From positions 4,278,001-4,342,000 of the forward strand of contig CM120642.1 in assembly GCA_051362555.1 (NCBI GenBank): 64,000 nucleotides of DNA, written 5' to 3'. Positions 9,001 to 28,059 of the stretch are shown here, piece by piece. The DNA is from Lingula anatina. Its lineage: Eukaryota; Animalia; Brachiopoda. Made by a program: the position numbers and the translations under genes. The notes beneath the pieces are model-generated. The model did not search any database and had not been told where the DNA came from. It was given only the letters and a program-made list of their open reading frames with translations. Positions within the stretch are counted from its first letter, which is position 1, and each line of letters starts with the position of its first letter.

Positions 9001-11592
9001 AACGCAGGTGTCTTTCAAAAGTGAAATGTCTTCATTAGAAGGGTTAAGGAGTCTCACAGGTATTTTATTGTCTCTTCTGAAAGGATCAACTAGCACATGT
9101 CCGATCAGAAAATCACTTGACTTCTCTGGAATTTCCTCTACCAGTCCGAATACTGATTTTATTTTGCTAGAATCAACTGTCCCTTCTATGATCAACTCAC
9201 TGTTTGCAGGAATAATAACGTCATTAGTCACTGTCACTCTAAAGGCATGCTTTGGTTCCCTCTCAACCAAACATGGCACTCTCTTCCCATTAAGTTTCAG
9301 TCCGTTCACACCTAGTGAAAAATCATGATGGCACAGGAAGTCCATTCCTAACAAACCATCGTCCTTTATTTTTGCTACAAGCATGTCCCACACAAACATT
9401 TCTTCGCCAGACTGAAAACTTATTTCTACATGGCCTTCAATTTCAATGTTTCTACTGTCTGCAACCTGCAGCTGCAATTTTCTATGAGTCTTTTTCAGTT
9501 CAGGTCTAAAATCATGGGGAATTTGTTCATAAATGTGGGTAGATATAATTGTTTTTGACGCACCAGTGTCTACAATAAAGTTCACTTCTTGGCCCTGAAT
9601 CTTCACTGGCCAAGAAACACTAGCATTTCTACAACTAACGGTTTCAATGTCACTGTCAACAGGTGTTTTTAGGGGTTCATTCTGGCCGGCTGGAATGCCC
9701 CTTCTCAGTTTCCCTGGTTGTTTACATGCGGAGCCTCTTTCACAGGTGCCTTGCATTCTCTTGCCAGATGCCCATATCTATGGCACTTGAAACACTCTAT
9801 GTTGTTTTTCCAATTTTCTGACTTGGGTGGTGGAGAACTTTTCGTGTCTTTTGCTTTCTCTTTCATTATCAAGTCTTTAATTTCATCTAACTTCTTGTCA
9901 AACTTCTTTTCAAGCTGGTGTAGCTGACTTTCTGTTACAACAGCCTCAGGATTTGCTGCCCTAACACTTGGTCTTTTCACTGCCTCTTCTCTTAGACTGT
10001 TATACATTTCAAGGGCCTCCCTTGCTTCGTCTAGATTTTTGGGCGTTTTCATGCCCACTGCCACGGCGGCTTGATGGTCTGGCAACCCTTTTATGAAGTG
10101 GCGCAATGCAATGGCCTCACGTGTGGTGCAGTCAGCCGTCGGGTAACCTTTTAACACTAACTTTCTAATATCGGATATGTACTCTGGCAGTTTCTCTCTT
10201 GAACTAAGCTTTCTATTTTCTAGCTCTGACAGATAGGAGCTTGTAGTGCGCTTTTCTTGAAATCGGTTTTGCAACGCCCTCTGTAGTAGAGGGTAGGAAT
10301 TTACCACTTCTGCTGACAACTGCACAAAGGCGAAATCAGCAGCCTCACCACGCAGACTGTTACATAATCTAAACAGTTTCTCAGACTCACTCCATTCACA
10401 AGTCTGGCTTAGTGCTTTGAATGGCTCAATGAAACCCTCCCAGGATTCTTTTCCACTAAAGAGAGTCTGTCTGGGCAAAGGTATTTCAAAGTTACTACGG
10501 CCGTTAATTCTGTGAAATGGGGTAGGTGTAGGGGTTATTGTTTCTGATATGATTTCATTCTGGGCTCTGTGTTCTATTTCTGTCACTTTCTGTCGCTCTA
10601 GGGCTCTGACTCTCTGTCCTGCAGCCTCAGCACGTGCCTCTAAGACGTCAGCATTCTCTTTAGCTTTTCTTAGTAATCTTTCTTTTTCTGCCTCTGCTTC
10701 TTCTACAGCAACTTGAATTCTGTGAGTGGAATTTTCTTTTTCAGCTTCAAGAGCTCTGCAGGCTTCTTCTAACTGTTCCTCCAGGTTTCTCACTTCCTCC
10801 TGGTCAGCTCTGTTGTCCTTTTTAGGAGGCATTTTGAATTTCTTCACTTGTCTTTCGGCGTGTTAAAGTCTGTATCCCAGCGCTTGCCACCAGTGTAAAG
10901 GTCTTCGCTTTTCTGCCACCAGTGTACGGTTCTCTTACTTCGCTGCCACCAACAAAACAAGGTCTCTGTTTTGTAAACTTTATTTCTACGAATAACTCTC
11001 AACACAAATGTACATGTTTCTGTATCTTTTACTAAACACTGTCTCTATTCTTGCTGTACTGCTGTACTTCTAATTTAAACAACTGCAACTCAGCTACAAT
11101 AAACTAACTGGAACTATATTGTGAAACTGACTCAAACTAAGTTGTGAAACTAAGTCTGACACTATACTCTCACTGAGTACTGCCACTATACTCTACAGTA
11201 ACTCTAACTGGCCAACACTGCGTAGAGCAGCTGTATTTATACATTTCAAAAGTGGACGGCCTTGAATGGTTCACTGCTACTTTGACTGGCAGCCAGAGGA
11301 AAAGTGGACGGCCTTGAATGGTTGACCGCCAACCCCTCTACTGGACACCACAATCCCCTCTTTAGTAAACTGATACCACTTACAAGCCATTCCAACTTAA
11401 GGTTCAAAGTTCAACACACACAAGAATGTAAACAAAAGGCTACAGCTTACTGCAGCAACTTTACCATGAATTTTAAGGCTATGTAAAAATCGTTACAATA
11501 TATATTTCTTTTTTGGATATTTCTTTCAAGGTGATGACTACATCGACAGAGATGAACTCAAGGCTGCTCCCTTCAAGTTTGCAAAGAACTGA
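3066..11592 (+). CDS. Secreted precursor, 159 aa: signal peptide, 6-Cys Gly/Ala-rich peptide, GKR site, EF-hand pair (antimicrobial-peptide-like)
   Basis: Coding exons 3066-3329, 3837-3990 and 11531-11592 with GT-AG introns in compatible phases (480 nt). Signal MKVFILLVACVAYASA. EF loops DTNRDGRISHRE and DTNGDDYIDRDE, the second split by the intron. AATAAA at 11675-11680. Confidence 0.85.
4502..5104 (-). repeat. Gypsy 3' LTR
   Basis: Direct repeat of 10894-11497. On the minus strand it has TATAAAT (about 4842-4849) and AATAAA (about 4587-4592). Internal duplicate AAAAGTGGACGGCCTTGAATGGTT. Confidence 0.95.
5386..9714 (-). CDS. pol: Gypsy Pol (protease, RT, RNase H, integrase), reached by a -1 frameshift
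   Basis: FIVDTGAS protease motif, YLDD RT motif, DTDAS RNase H, H-x-H...C-x2-C zinc motif and DDE integrase core (TDILGP, HSDQG, GMVER). Domain order PR-RT-RH-IN. Confidence 0.96.
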   Translation of the reverse strand, partial: GKLRRGIPAGQNEPLKTPVDSDIETVSCRNASVSWPVKIQGQEVNFIVDTGASKTIISTHIYEQIPHDFRPELKKTHRKLQLQVADSRNIEIEGHVEISFQSGEEMFVWDMLVAKIKDDGLLGMDFLCHHDFSLGVNGLKLNGKRVPCLVEREPKHAFRVTVTNDVIIPANSELIIEGTVDSSKIKSVFGLVEEIPEKSSDFLIGHVLVDPFRRDNKIPVRLLNPSNEDISLLKDTCVAHLHEVDHVIGDKLEDSLSVPILRADLTPGKQKSDLTLHSLELPEYLADLYKQSGENLTDFERCELKKLLQKHSDVFAKSSSDMGHTSVVKHKIVTGDARPIKQQPRRPPRAFAGEEEKIIQEQLQNGVIRESTSPWSAPLVYVKKKDGTTRPCVDYRRLNDVTVKDAYPLPRINDCLDSLGGSIFFSIADCQSGYYQIEVAEEDKPKTAFVTRNGLFEYNVMPFGLSNSPSTFERCMELILRGLQWQTVLIYLDDIIVFGKSFEEHYKRLDEVFNRLGKAGLKLKPSKCRLFQTEVQFLGHVVTQDGVKPDPEKVECIKKWPVPRNLTDVRSFLGLCSYYRRFIRGFSTRAAPINHLLQAGQAFTWTDSCQTAFEDLKSALTGNEVMAYPRDEGLYILDTDASATGIGAVLSQLQWCEKTQKEIEKPVAYASKSLTKTQRRYCVTRKELLAVVTFVQQFRHHLLGRQFLVRSDHSALRWVMSFKEPNDQMARWLEVLSQFDFKIEHRAGARHGNADAISRFPCDPDECTCYDGESILSKLPCEGCVQCKKKHEQWSRYLEEEVVPLVTRRVTENRKKELKSDNGVCGSGQATGNRGKCPVKRVYTAACSVLLTGLYTLLTLFFAILSWVTMKFKCIFKEVRALSLRRMRVSKKREVLPRENLTFKDQDFSHGDEDTDLSESESDRDRLPAEWLGSYTVNELFNLQCKDPELKTVLDWKEQSSQRPERDKVAAESPAVRQLWLLWDQLVLQEGILYKRWETLDKTGSFLQILVPKEMRNEVMKGVHDKVTSGHLGVKKTVSKLKRHFYWYKMKESVRDYIRRCAICGGRKRPRSRPKAPLIRYAVGAPMDRVATDILGPFPVSERGNKYILLAMDQFSKWVECYAIPDISAKTVAHKLVTEFFSRFGLPLDLHSDQGSNYESQLFKQVCQLLEINKTRTSSYHPSGNGMVERFNIVLCDMISSYVSEDQRDWDIHLPLLTAAYRCCKHESTGYSPNLLMLGREVHTATELIFGKPPEDRSVTSPSEYVKMLQEKMTRIHEIVRLHLKKDFQRQKRDHDTRISQNNYKVGDLVYLLDSTRTVGLSPKLKRDKWQGPFVVVKKHSDLLFAVKGKPKCKMKIVHHDRLKPFLSDQVPDWVSSLQKCLHKGNYVEGSPLKHEGTAIKHRMKQSGQSKQAQVSQNQPDSNLRNEGRPQRKRRPPKRFAD
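9671..9714 (-). promoter_or_regulatory. -1 programmed ribosomal frameshift signal
   Basis: Slippery heptamer G GGA AAC (9714-9708) directly before the gag stop, followed by hairpin AGGGGCATTC...GAATGAACCCCT. pol is in the -1 frame relative to gag. Confidence 0.85.
9705..10832 (-). CDS. gag: Gypsy Gag with N-terminal coiled coil and C-terminal CCHC knuckle
   Basis: First ATG (MPPKK) at 10832. Capsid-like region. CFKCHRYGHLAREC zinc knuckle. Confidence 0.93.
   Translation of the reverse strand: MPPKKDNRADQEEVRNLEEQLEEACRALEAEKENSTHRIQVAVEEAEAEKERLLRKAKENADVLEARAEAAGQRVRALERQKVTEIEHRAQNEIISETITPTPTPFHRINGRSNFEIPLPRQTLFSGKESWEGFIEPFKALSQTCEWSESEKLFRLCNSLRGEAADFAFVQLSAEVVNSYPLLQRALQNRFQEKRTTSSYLSELENRKLSSREKLPEYISDIRKLVLKGYPTADCTTREAIALRHFIKGLPDHQAAVAVGMKTPKNLDEAREALEMYNSLREEAVKRPSVRAANPEAVVTESQLHQLEKKFDKKLDEIKDLIMKEKAKDTKSSPPPKSENWKNNIECFKCHRYGHLARECKAPVKEAPHVNNQGN
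10894..11497 (-). repeat. Gypsy 5' LTR
   Basis: Direct repeat of 4502-5104, adjacent to the PBS and upstream of gag. Confidence 0.95.
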
Positions 11593-12019
11593 AGAAGAGC
11601 TATTTGAGGAACATTTAAGAAAAAATTGCTTTCTCCCCTAACAGACTTATCAATGTTGTTAGTTGAATGAAATCAATAAAATTTGAATCAAAAATACACG
11701 CTTGGTTTCTGACTTACACATGCATTAGATCTGGTTGCAGATCCACGTCGTTGTATCATTTTTAATCAACAAAATCAGTATGTCGAACGGATATCTTGCT
11801 GTTCGGATGAAGCAAAAAACAAGTGACTTAATTAATAACATTTATTGATCAACGCTTTAATGTATCAATATGTCAAACTTAGGGTTATATGTACACCTTT
11901 TACATCTAACAAGATAGCCTCACAAGGGTTTCCTAATTTTAAACTCCTTTTCGTCTACGGAGTAAAAAGGCTAAATTCTTGAAAGCGTTGTGATATATTT
12001 CCTTTAAAAACAACTTTGT

Positions 12020-12430
12020 TTTTATCTCCTCGCTGTTGGCTTGTTCACTATTTTGCCTACATCTTTTGTTAAAGAGGGGGTCACCGAAATGGGCTTGAAA
12101 AACATATAGGCTATGTTTAAATTTGCTGGACGAAAATTTGAAACAAAGTGTGTTTCATTAGGTTTTTTATTTCAACACTTTAGGCTTGGTCACTATGTTG
12201 ACAACATCTTTCATAAAAGGGGGAGGGGGTCGCTGATAATGCGCTTGAAAAATATATATGTTTGCTAGACGAAAATTTAAAATAAATTTGTATTTTAGTA
12301 CAGTTTCTATTCCCATTTTGTTGACTTCGGAACTACACACTTATAAAAGAAGGGGTCATCGAAAACGCGCTTTATAGGGCTAGGGGCCTATAGCCTTTAT
12401 TTCCTTGACGCAAATTCGAAAAAAATTATT
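12020..12430. repeat. About three degenerate tandem copies of a roughly 150-bp unit
   Basis: Recurring ACATCTTT...AAAG(A/G)GGGGTC...GCTTGAAAAA...GACGAAAATTT...AAAC motif. A single related copy lies at about 860-1010. Confidence 0.55.
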
Positions 12431-12878
12431 TAATCTCACTCTAAATAGTTGACAGAGCAAAATGGAATGGCTGTCATTTTGACGTTCCTTTTTTTTTCAG
12501 CAAAATTTTTTGGGCTGGCACACGACATATGATATCTTAACCGCTTGGGCCTACCCTCAAAGTGGAAATGTTTTTTGGGGGGTGGGGAGAGAGAGGGGGA
12601 GAGCGGGAGAGAGATTTGAAAGTTATAAAAGGCTCAGTTAATTTTCCTTAGGTCTGTTATTCAAGAGAGTAATCAAATCCGGTTAAACATTTACTGATCA
12701 TGATGCACTGCCACTGCACTGATATGATTGATAGCCCTACCTATCAACCCGCTCTCTCTCTCCCCCTAAAAGACTCTCTGCAAGAACGAGCACTTGAAAT
12801 ATACTTCCTGTCTTGCGCACAAGACACTTCCGTTGTACACAACTTCGCGTGTAGTGCATCCTGACTCTTGAGAACAAA

Positions 12879-21489
<8,611 letters not shown>

Positions 21490-23305
21490 TATTTTCTGAT
21501 TCAAAGGCTTTAAGGTGATGTAAAAAGGGAGAGGTGTAGTTATACAAAACATGATAAAGTCACAGTGTTCATATCTTTTACTGGATTAAGTTTGTAATTG
21601 AAGACTCCCTCAGATTGAAAAGAATATCAGTGCACTATGCATGTGTTTCTGCTGTTGTTAAATGGAATTATTTTGATATAAACCACTTGAGGTAGGTGTG
21701 AAAGTATATTACGTTATATACTGCCAATCTTTTAACTTAGGGTTGACTGATTACATGTCAGTTGACTTATTCACACAACAGCTTATTGTATTTTTGCACC
21801 AGTCACCTTTTTCACATCTGCCACAGCACAATGGAACCGCACAGGTAGAATGCAAATTTTACATGCATTTTGCGCACAATAAGTGACACACATCCATCCC
21901 TATTGGCTGGAAGGTCTGGTCACAAGTTTCCTAGCTCAATATTGACTATTGACTTTCCTTATAAATTTTGTCATTATTTGTCAGATTTTTTGTTTGTATC
22001 ATGGGCATTCTGAAGTTGTGGTGTCTCAAATACTTCAATGATAAGGTCACTTCTTTTGAGTGAAACTGTTTGGATGCAGTCTTTTTAGCATAATGTACTT
22101 ATTGTATTGTTTGACTTGCTTTTTTGTGCAAAGTATAATACATTTGCTATAAAGCACAAAATGGGCACAATATACCTAATACAACAACATAATTTTTTGT
22201 AGGAAATATTTACAGGTATATACACAAGGTTTATGAGTAATGTAGTATATAAATTTATGTTAATATAAGGAAGAAATCCCCATCGAATCTGGTACATGGC
22301 TCCAAAACAGGGTGCTGCTAAAAAGTTGATACAAGAAGTAATGGGTTGGTGTTATTCAAGAAACAAGAGAAAAAATGGGAAACAGTGAATAAAAAATTAG
22401 CTTGAGAGCAGTGTAAACCATCCTGGCTTTCAAGAAACCACTTAGAACTGACATGAAGTTGTTAACATATCTCAGGTCACAAAATATATGTCACAAAGGT
22501 CACCTCTTCAAATATGATTTTAATATGCCATAGTTGTTGATTTAAATTGTATTATAGTAAGCTTCTTAACTATACATAACTCTATATTGTAATCTCCTGT
22601 GGATTTTGTTTTCTAAAGAAAATCTGAAAATCTGAATTTTGCACCATTGTCCCCCGCACCTGCCTTCACTTTGGCAAAGATGATTTTTGATAATTTGTAA
22701 AATTTCATGCTTTTTGCAGTATTGGTTGTAGCTTCATTAGTTTTGTTTTATTTGAATGTTGTAATATTATGTACATATCTATTGTTTGACATTAAATCAC
22801 TTGGCAGCTTTGGTTTTTACAGATCAGGCCTGTTCAGACCCGAAGCCTGGCCTGGACTGATTTAGGTCTGAAATAATAAGTATGAAAACCAGTATTGTAG
22901 TTATCAGAGGTCAGAAGATATATTCCATGGACCCTGGCCCTCCTCTTGGCAGTTGCAGATCAGTTAGTTTCCATATCTCAAATATTTTAGCCTGAGGATG
23001 GCCTTCACAGTATAATCGCTGTTTGAGTCGTCTGGTGATGTATTTATACTTTAACCAGTTTGGGTCAGGGTTCCTGAGTCTTTGAAGGACTAAGAATTAA
23101 GCCCAATGCACAAGGCAGCTAATGGCTGAGAGCCTAAGACAAAACGGGTTCAGTTGGGAATAAAAATTTAGTTTCTTGTAAAAACTTAAAACATGATTTT
23201 TGACTTGTATAAAAATAAATATTTCAGGATGGTATTTGTAATCAGAGAAATCTATAATACAACAATTGTCAAACTTCAATCGATATATACAACCCCTCCC
23301 CCCCC

Positions 23306-23338
<33 letters not shown>

Positions 23339-23439
23339 GAAATGCAAGTTTTGTTTTGTCTAGGCTTTTATGAGCCATCCTTCTCCTTTCTACCACCAGT
23401 GCAGCTCTATTAACTCTATGACAGTGGCAGGCTGTGGCC

Positions 23440-23800
23440 GGCGTTTATGAAGTGGTTCCGCCCAGTTCGTCACAGCTGGCATGCTCAATGGGAGACATGT
23501 ATGGTTTAAAGAAAGAGAATCTGGGTCTGCTTCTGCTGTAGGAACATTGTACGCCTGTGCTATCCTGACAGTATGGGAGCAGGCGTTGTCCTGCTGGAAC
23601 TAGCAGAGGGTTGGGTATTGATGCATGAATGGCACAATCACCACGAGTTTTGTCTTGGAATTGCCACGTGGCCAATGACACGCCCCCTGTCCCGATCAGA
23701 CAGCTGTGGCATGTCAGCATGGAATTCAGTCTCCTAAGCTTGGGTCTTCTGATCCTAGTGCCCACTGGCATTGATTGTGGACACTGAATTTGCAAGACTT
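23440..23800 (-). pseudogene. Degenerate Tc1/mariner transposase fragment
   Basis: Minus strand encodes FQQDNACSHT and MSPIEHA..DELG (Tc1 DDE motifs) in different frames. Confidence 0.65.
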
Positions 23801-25346
23801 ATGTCCCAATTTGTGTTCAGATGAGGTGCTTGAAAATCTTAGTCTGGGTTCCCATAACCTTATTGTACATTATGGAGCACAAAAATTTCCCTACTTTACC
23901 CAGGTAGTTTAGTTTATGAGGAGATGTGACAGATAGGCCTATTTAAGCTGCTTAAACTGAATGCAATTTAGGGACTATCCTGGAAGAGTTAGGTCGATCA
24001 GCCAGTATGATAGGATTATGGGAACGCTCACAAAAGATTGTCATTGTCTGAGTTTGCTCAAAGGTATCAGTACAGTACTACTCTACTGCATGACTAAGGT
24101 GGTGTTCTGTCACTGAATACACTGACCATACTAACGTGGTCTTTTTGAAGCACTGTGGTCACTTGCGTTTCTTTTCTTTTTTTCTCTTTGGCTATTATAT
24201 GGATATATAAGAATAATGTTATAAAAATACAGTTACATGATTTATCTTGGTACTATTATTTTTTCATTATTAAAATATGAGTATATTCTTTATGAATATA
24301 CATATTTTGACATTGTGTTATAGACTTGCATTTATCGTTTTTGTATTCTTAAAACCAATGGGTAGAAATAAAATCATCACTTTCTGGTTGTTGCGTTGTA
24401 TTTCAATCCGATGCGTTCACGATGTTTTCTTCATGCAACAGATAATGATTTTTGGGTCATCTTTATGGAAATTTGGCCTTAAATTTGGTCCTAAATTCAT
24501 GATCTGAATATTTTAAACTATTGAAATCTCGTCTTCCTACTCTGTAAGTGTTAAAGATGATAAAAGAAATTTGTGCAAGGAATATTTAAAGATTGTATAA
24601 GAATGTGTTTTACGGCGTTGGAAGTGAATTTCAAGGCTCAAGCCCTATAACATTTCATACTTAAAATTGATCTTACTGCTAGAGAGAGCAATGGGCCGAA
24701 CAAGATTGGTACTTTGTGAATAACTTTCTTCATTTTGCTTAAATATCGGCCTCATTAGCCACGGCGTTAACCTACTCATCCGAAAAAAGTTAAGACTAGA
24801 AATCACTAAAGAAAATTGGTTTCATGCCGTTCCCTGGAACTAGGAAAGCCATATTGAGCAAATATCCAGATTAACGAAAAACCGTGCTTCGTACCTTGCA
24901 ATGTTAAGTATATAAATTGCATTCCCAAACGTACTGAAAACTATAGTGACCGCGGTAGTCAGGCCAGCCGGACTAGGTTCCTATTTTCCCAGCTATTTTC
25001 CCAGCTATTTAGCAGCTGAATCGATCTTACTCCATAGGGCTTCTCGATAAATGCTTTCTGTGTAATCAGTTTAATTGGCACCCCCCCCCCCCTTGAGTAA
25101 CTAGGGGATAATGACTATGGTTGATTACCCCCAACAGCTTAAGTAGGCGTGGCATTTAAGCCGCTTACGCTGAAGGCAATTTAGTGAGAATCCCCGCAGA
25201 GCTAGATCGGTCCAGCTAGTACGATGGGCTTATGGGAACGCTCCCTTCTTCTATTTTGGGGTCACATGTTTGAAATAGTCCAATGAATCCAACATATCCA
25301 AGTAGTGGATGCCAACGCTTGAATTTAACTACAATATTCATATAGA

Positions 25347-25571
25347 ATGCAGACGACTGGAAAGGGTGAGTTTTAGCACAGCTTCAGTGATGGATGCCTA
25401 TGTTATTTAGGGTTTCTATATTTATCGCAAAAAAAATTTACAGCCACTGTCCACGTGAACAAGGGTCAGCAGAATACTTGAATATGACACTCACATTTCA
25501 TGTAGGTTACCTTTTGACCTGCAAGCTTTATTTTACACGAAGAAGAAATGTTCCACTGAACTGTCCACTTT

Positions 25572-25630
<59 letters not shown>

Positions 25631-27646
25631 TTAAAGACTTGCTCGTTGAAATAATTTATAAATGATCATGTAGTAATCAATTGCGTGTATCGCTTTTAGT
25701 TTGCTGCGATCGAGTAAATGTAAGTAAGCGGATAGCTGAATTGAATATGGCTTTCTGAGCCTCGACGCAAGTGACGTCACTCGCCTCAAAGCGCCACCAC
25801 GCGGGAGTATCGTAAACTACATTCACACCTGCATAAAATCGGCTTTAAAAACTAAATAAACGTAAGAACTTTTTTTCATTACTCAAAAATGACTTTTGGG
25901 CACCTAATGGATAGTTTTAACCCGTTTTTTCATCACAGTATACCTTTAACTTCTCCGTCTGTATGCACCATGCAGCTCAGTTGTGTCTCATAGACCTTTA
26001 TCGTGATTGTCGTCACAGTACCACGTGACCTAGATCTGTTGCTTCATTTTTGCATATTGAGGTGAGGTTTACTAAAACGCTTTTTTTTCTACTAATAGAT
26101 TGTTTTTATAATTTTTAAATGGCGGGGATCGATTAAAACATACCTCTAGTGTATAGATTGAGTGCTGTATCTTCAAAATTCGAGAAATGGATTTTTACAT
26201 GAACATTGTCCTTTAACATGGGCTTTCTCGTTTTGAAAGTCTGAATTTGGAGAGATAGTTATCTATTGCTTTGAAGATATATATTTTTAGAACAAAACAA
26301 CGTTGGGTCATTTTCAAATGTGTATCAACACCTTTTAGATAAACATTTAAGAATCTGTTAAGGATTTTCTCATACAGGGGCTGTTGAACTGCATTGGAGC
26401 TGTGATCTCAGGGATGTGTAAAAGGAAAAGTGGTCATATCGTCAACATGTCGTCAGACTGTGTAAAGCAGGTAGGCCTAATCCTGTCAGCACTCTCTGTA
26501 AAATATGAAAGCGTAAAACGCCCGAATTTGAACCTACCACTCGGCCTTCCGATTCAGACAAAAAATTCCATGATTTATTTATCGAGATTTTAGTTATATA
26601 TTTTTGACAAAATTGTGTCGGATCAAATCAGTTCGCACCTTCTTTATTCTACAAATCTGCGTCCATTCTTTACCTCAGAGTGTATTGAACATTCCCGATT
26701 TTGTAAATTTAACAGTAAGCTTTCAAGAGTACTTGTTATTCAGTGCAGTTCAGGTAAAACGTTGGTTTCTTGGAACCTTTGTAAAGAATCATTAAAATGT
26801 AACCCCCCATCCCCACCCCCGTTTTATTAAACAAATGTCTTTGCCTTTTTCTAAACAATTAATACAGTGTCGTATACTCTGAACTCAACGTAATAGGCTT
26901 CTCAATTAATTACTTTAAAGTAATTAAAATTTCATTAGAAATTGAGTTTTGCATACTTGTATCTGACATTATATTGATTCCGTTTATATGCACACGGAGT
27001 CAAGCTACGCCTTATGGCCCTATGACATTCCAGCCTTTCGTAGGGTTAGCCGTGTACGCAGGGTCGAAGTACTTCCTAGAGGGTATGTCACGGACGCTTC
27101 GTCAGGAAGTTTGTAAGGATGGTGTTCGCGTTACTTGTGTTCAGCCTGGTGACGTTGACACGCCTGGGGCCGTCAAGACTTTGATGACTTTAGAAGATGA
27201 GCAGGTGAAACACATTTACGGCTTTAAAAAGGCAAACCATGCGTACTACATCTTTATGTCACGGAAAAATTAAACCCAGAGGAGGATGTAATGATGCATG
27301 AGTTCCAGCTTTTACTGCCACGAGTGAATTTCACCATTCTGTATATCTCGAGGCATTACAAGAATGACTCAAAATATAACGAACTCAGAACCTAGTTAAT
27401 GGATCATAATTATATAAATGGGTATATGTGTTGGGTACGGTAAACTACAACTGAGAGAATAACAAATTAATGGACCGATAATGTATCAATATATTATTGC
27501 AATTTCAGTGTAAAGCACTGTACAGCTACCCACACCCAGCTCTGGAACCTGAAGTCATCGCACAGGCAGTCCTCTACGCAGTCGCGCAGCCAGATCACGT
27601 GGCCGTCAACGAGATTCTCGTGGAGCCCAGAGAGTGCCCGCTGTAG
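25347..27646 (+). pseudogene. SDR copy A, lacking coding exons 2-3 (Rossmann fold)
   Basis: Mini-exon 25347-25365 (MQTTGK), then exons 26378-26470, 27034-27204 (YAGSK) and 27509-27646. No TGASSGIG or NNAG exon is visible in the intervening 1 kb, and the splice phases are incompatible (1 versus 0). Confidence 0.8.
25575..25626. repeat. (TA)n microsatellite
   Basis: About 25 TA units. Confidence 0.95.
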
Positions 27647-28059
27647 TTTACTTTGTACTGCATAGTTCATGCATATGTTTTAATAGACTAAAATATCAAC
27701 AACAAAGTATAAGGGGATTATTCTTTGCTTCGATCGTCAATGTTAAGTAATATATCAGAGCACGGGATTTCAACAGAATGTACTAAACTCTCTACAAACA
27801 TCGGGCTTGCAGAAAGCATATGCAATTACATGATTTGCCCCCAGAGTGGGTCCGCCGCATCCGCCGGCTCCACCGCATGTTGGCGAATAGGCCTACAAGT
27901 GCTTATTTTTTTTATTATCCATACGGTTTAAGGGTTGTGTTGTGTTATACAGTGTATTTCATAAGGTACAATGTCAGACTGCACAGTTAATGGTGAAATA
28001 TTAAATGTGATATATCTCTAGAAATAGCATGGATACATTGTAGGCCTATATGTACCGGT

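Larger units (their letters stand above)
4502..11497 (-). mobile_element. Full-length Ty3/Gypsy LTR retrotransposon, recent insertion
   Basis: TG...CA LTRs at 4502-5104 and 10894-11497 with about 3 visible differences. ATAT TSD at 4498-4501 and 11498-11501. PPT at 5105-5116. tRNA-Leu-like PBS at 10874-10892. gag and pol are intact. Confidence 0.97.

Noticed and set aside
6365-9927. Many plus-strand ORFs within the Gypsy element, and similar ones in the BEL and LINE elements
   Set aside because: Antisense or off-frame shadows of gag/pol/ORF2 with no motifs. No env-like ORF is visible.
10886-10951. CRISPR-like repeat-spacer pattern
   Set aside because: Only 7-13-nt repeats in three copies, in a eukaryotic LTR with no cas genes. 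Treated as PBS-like repeats instead.
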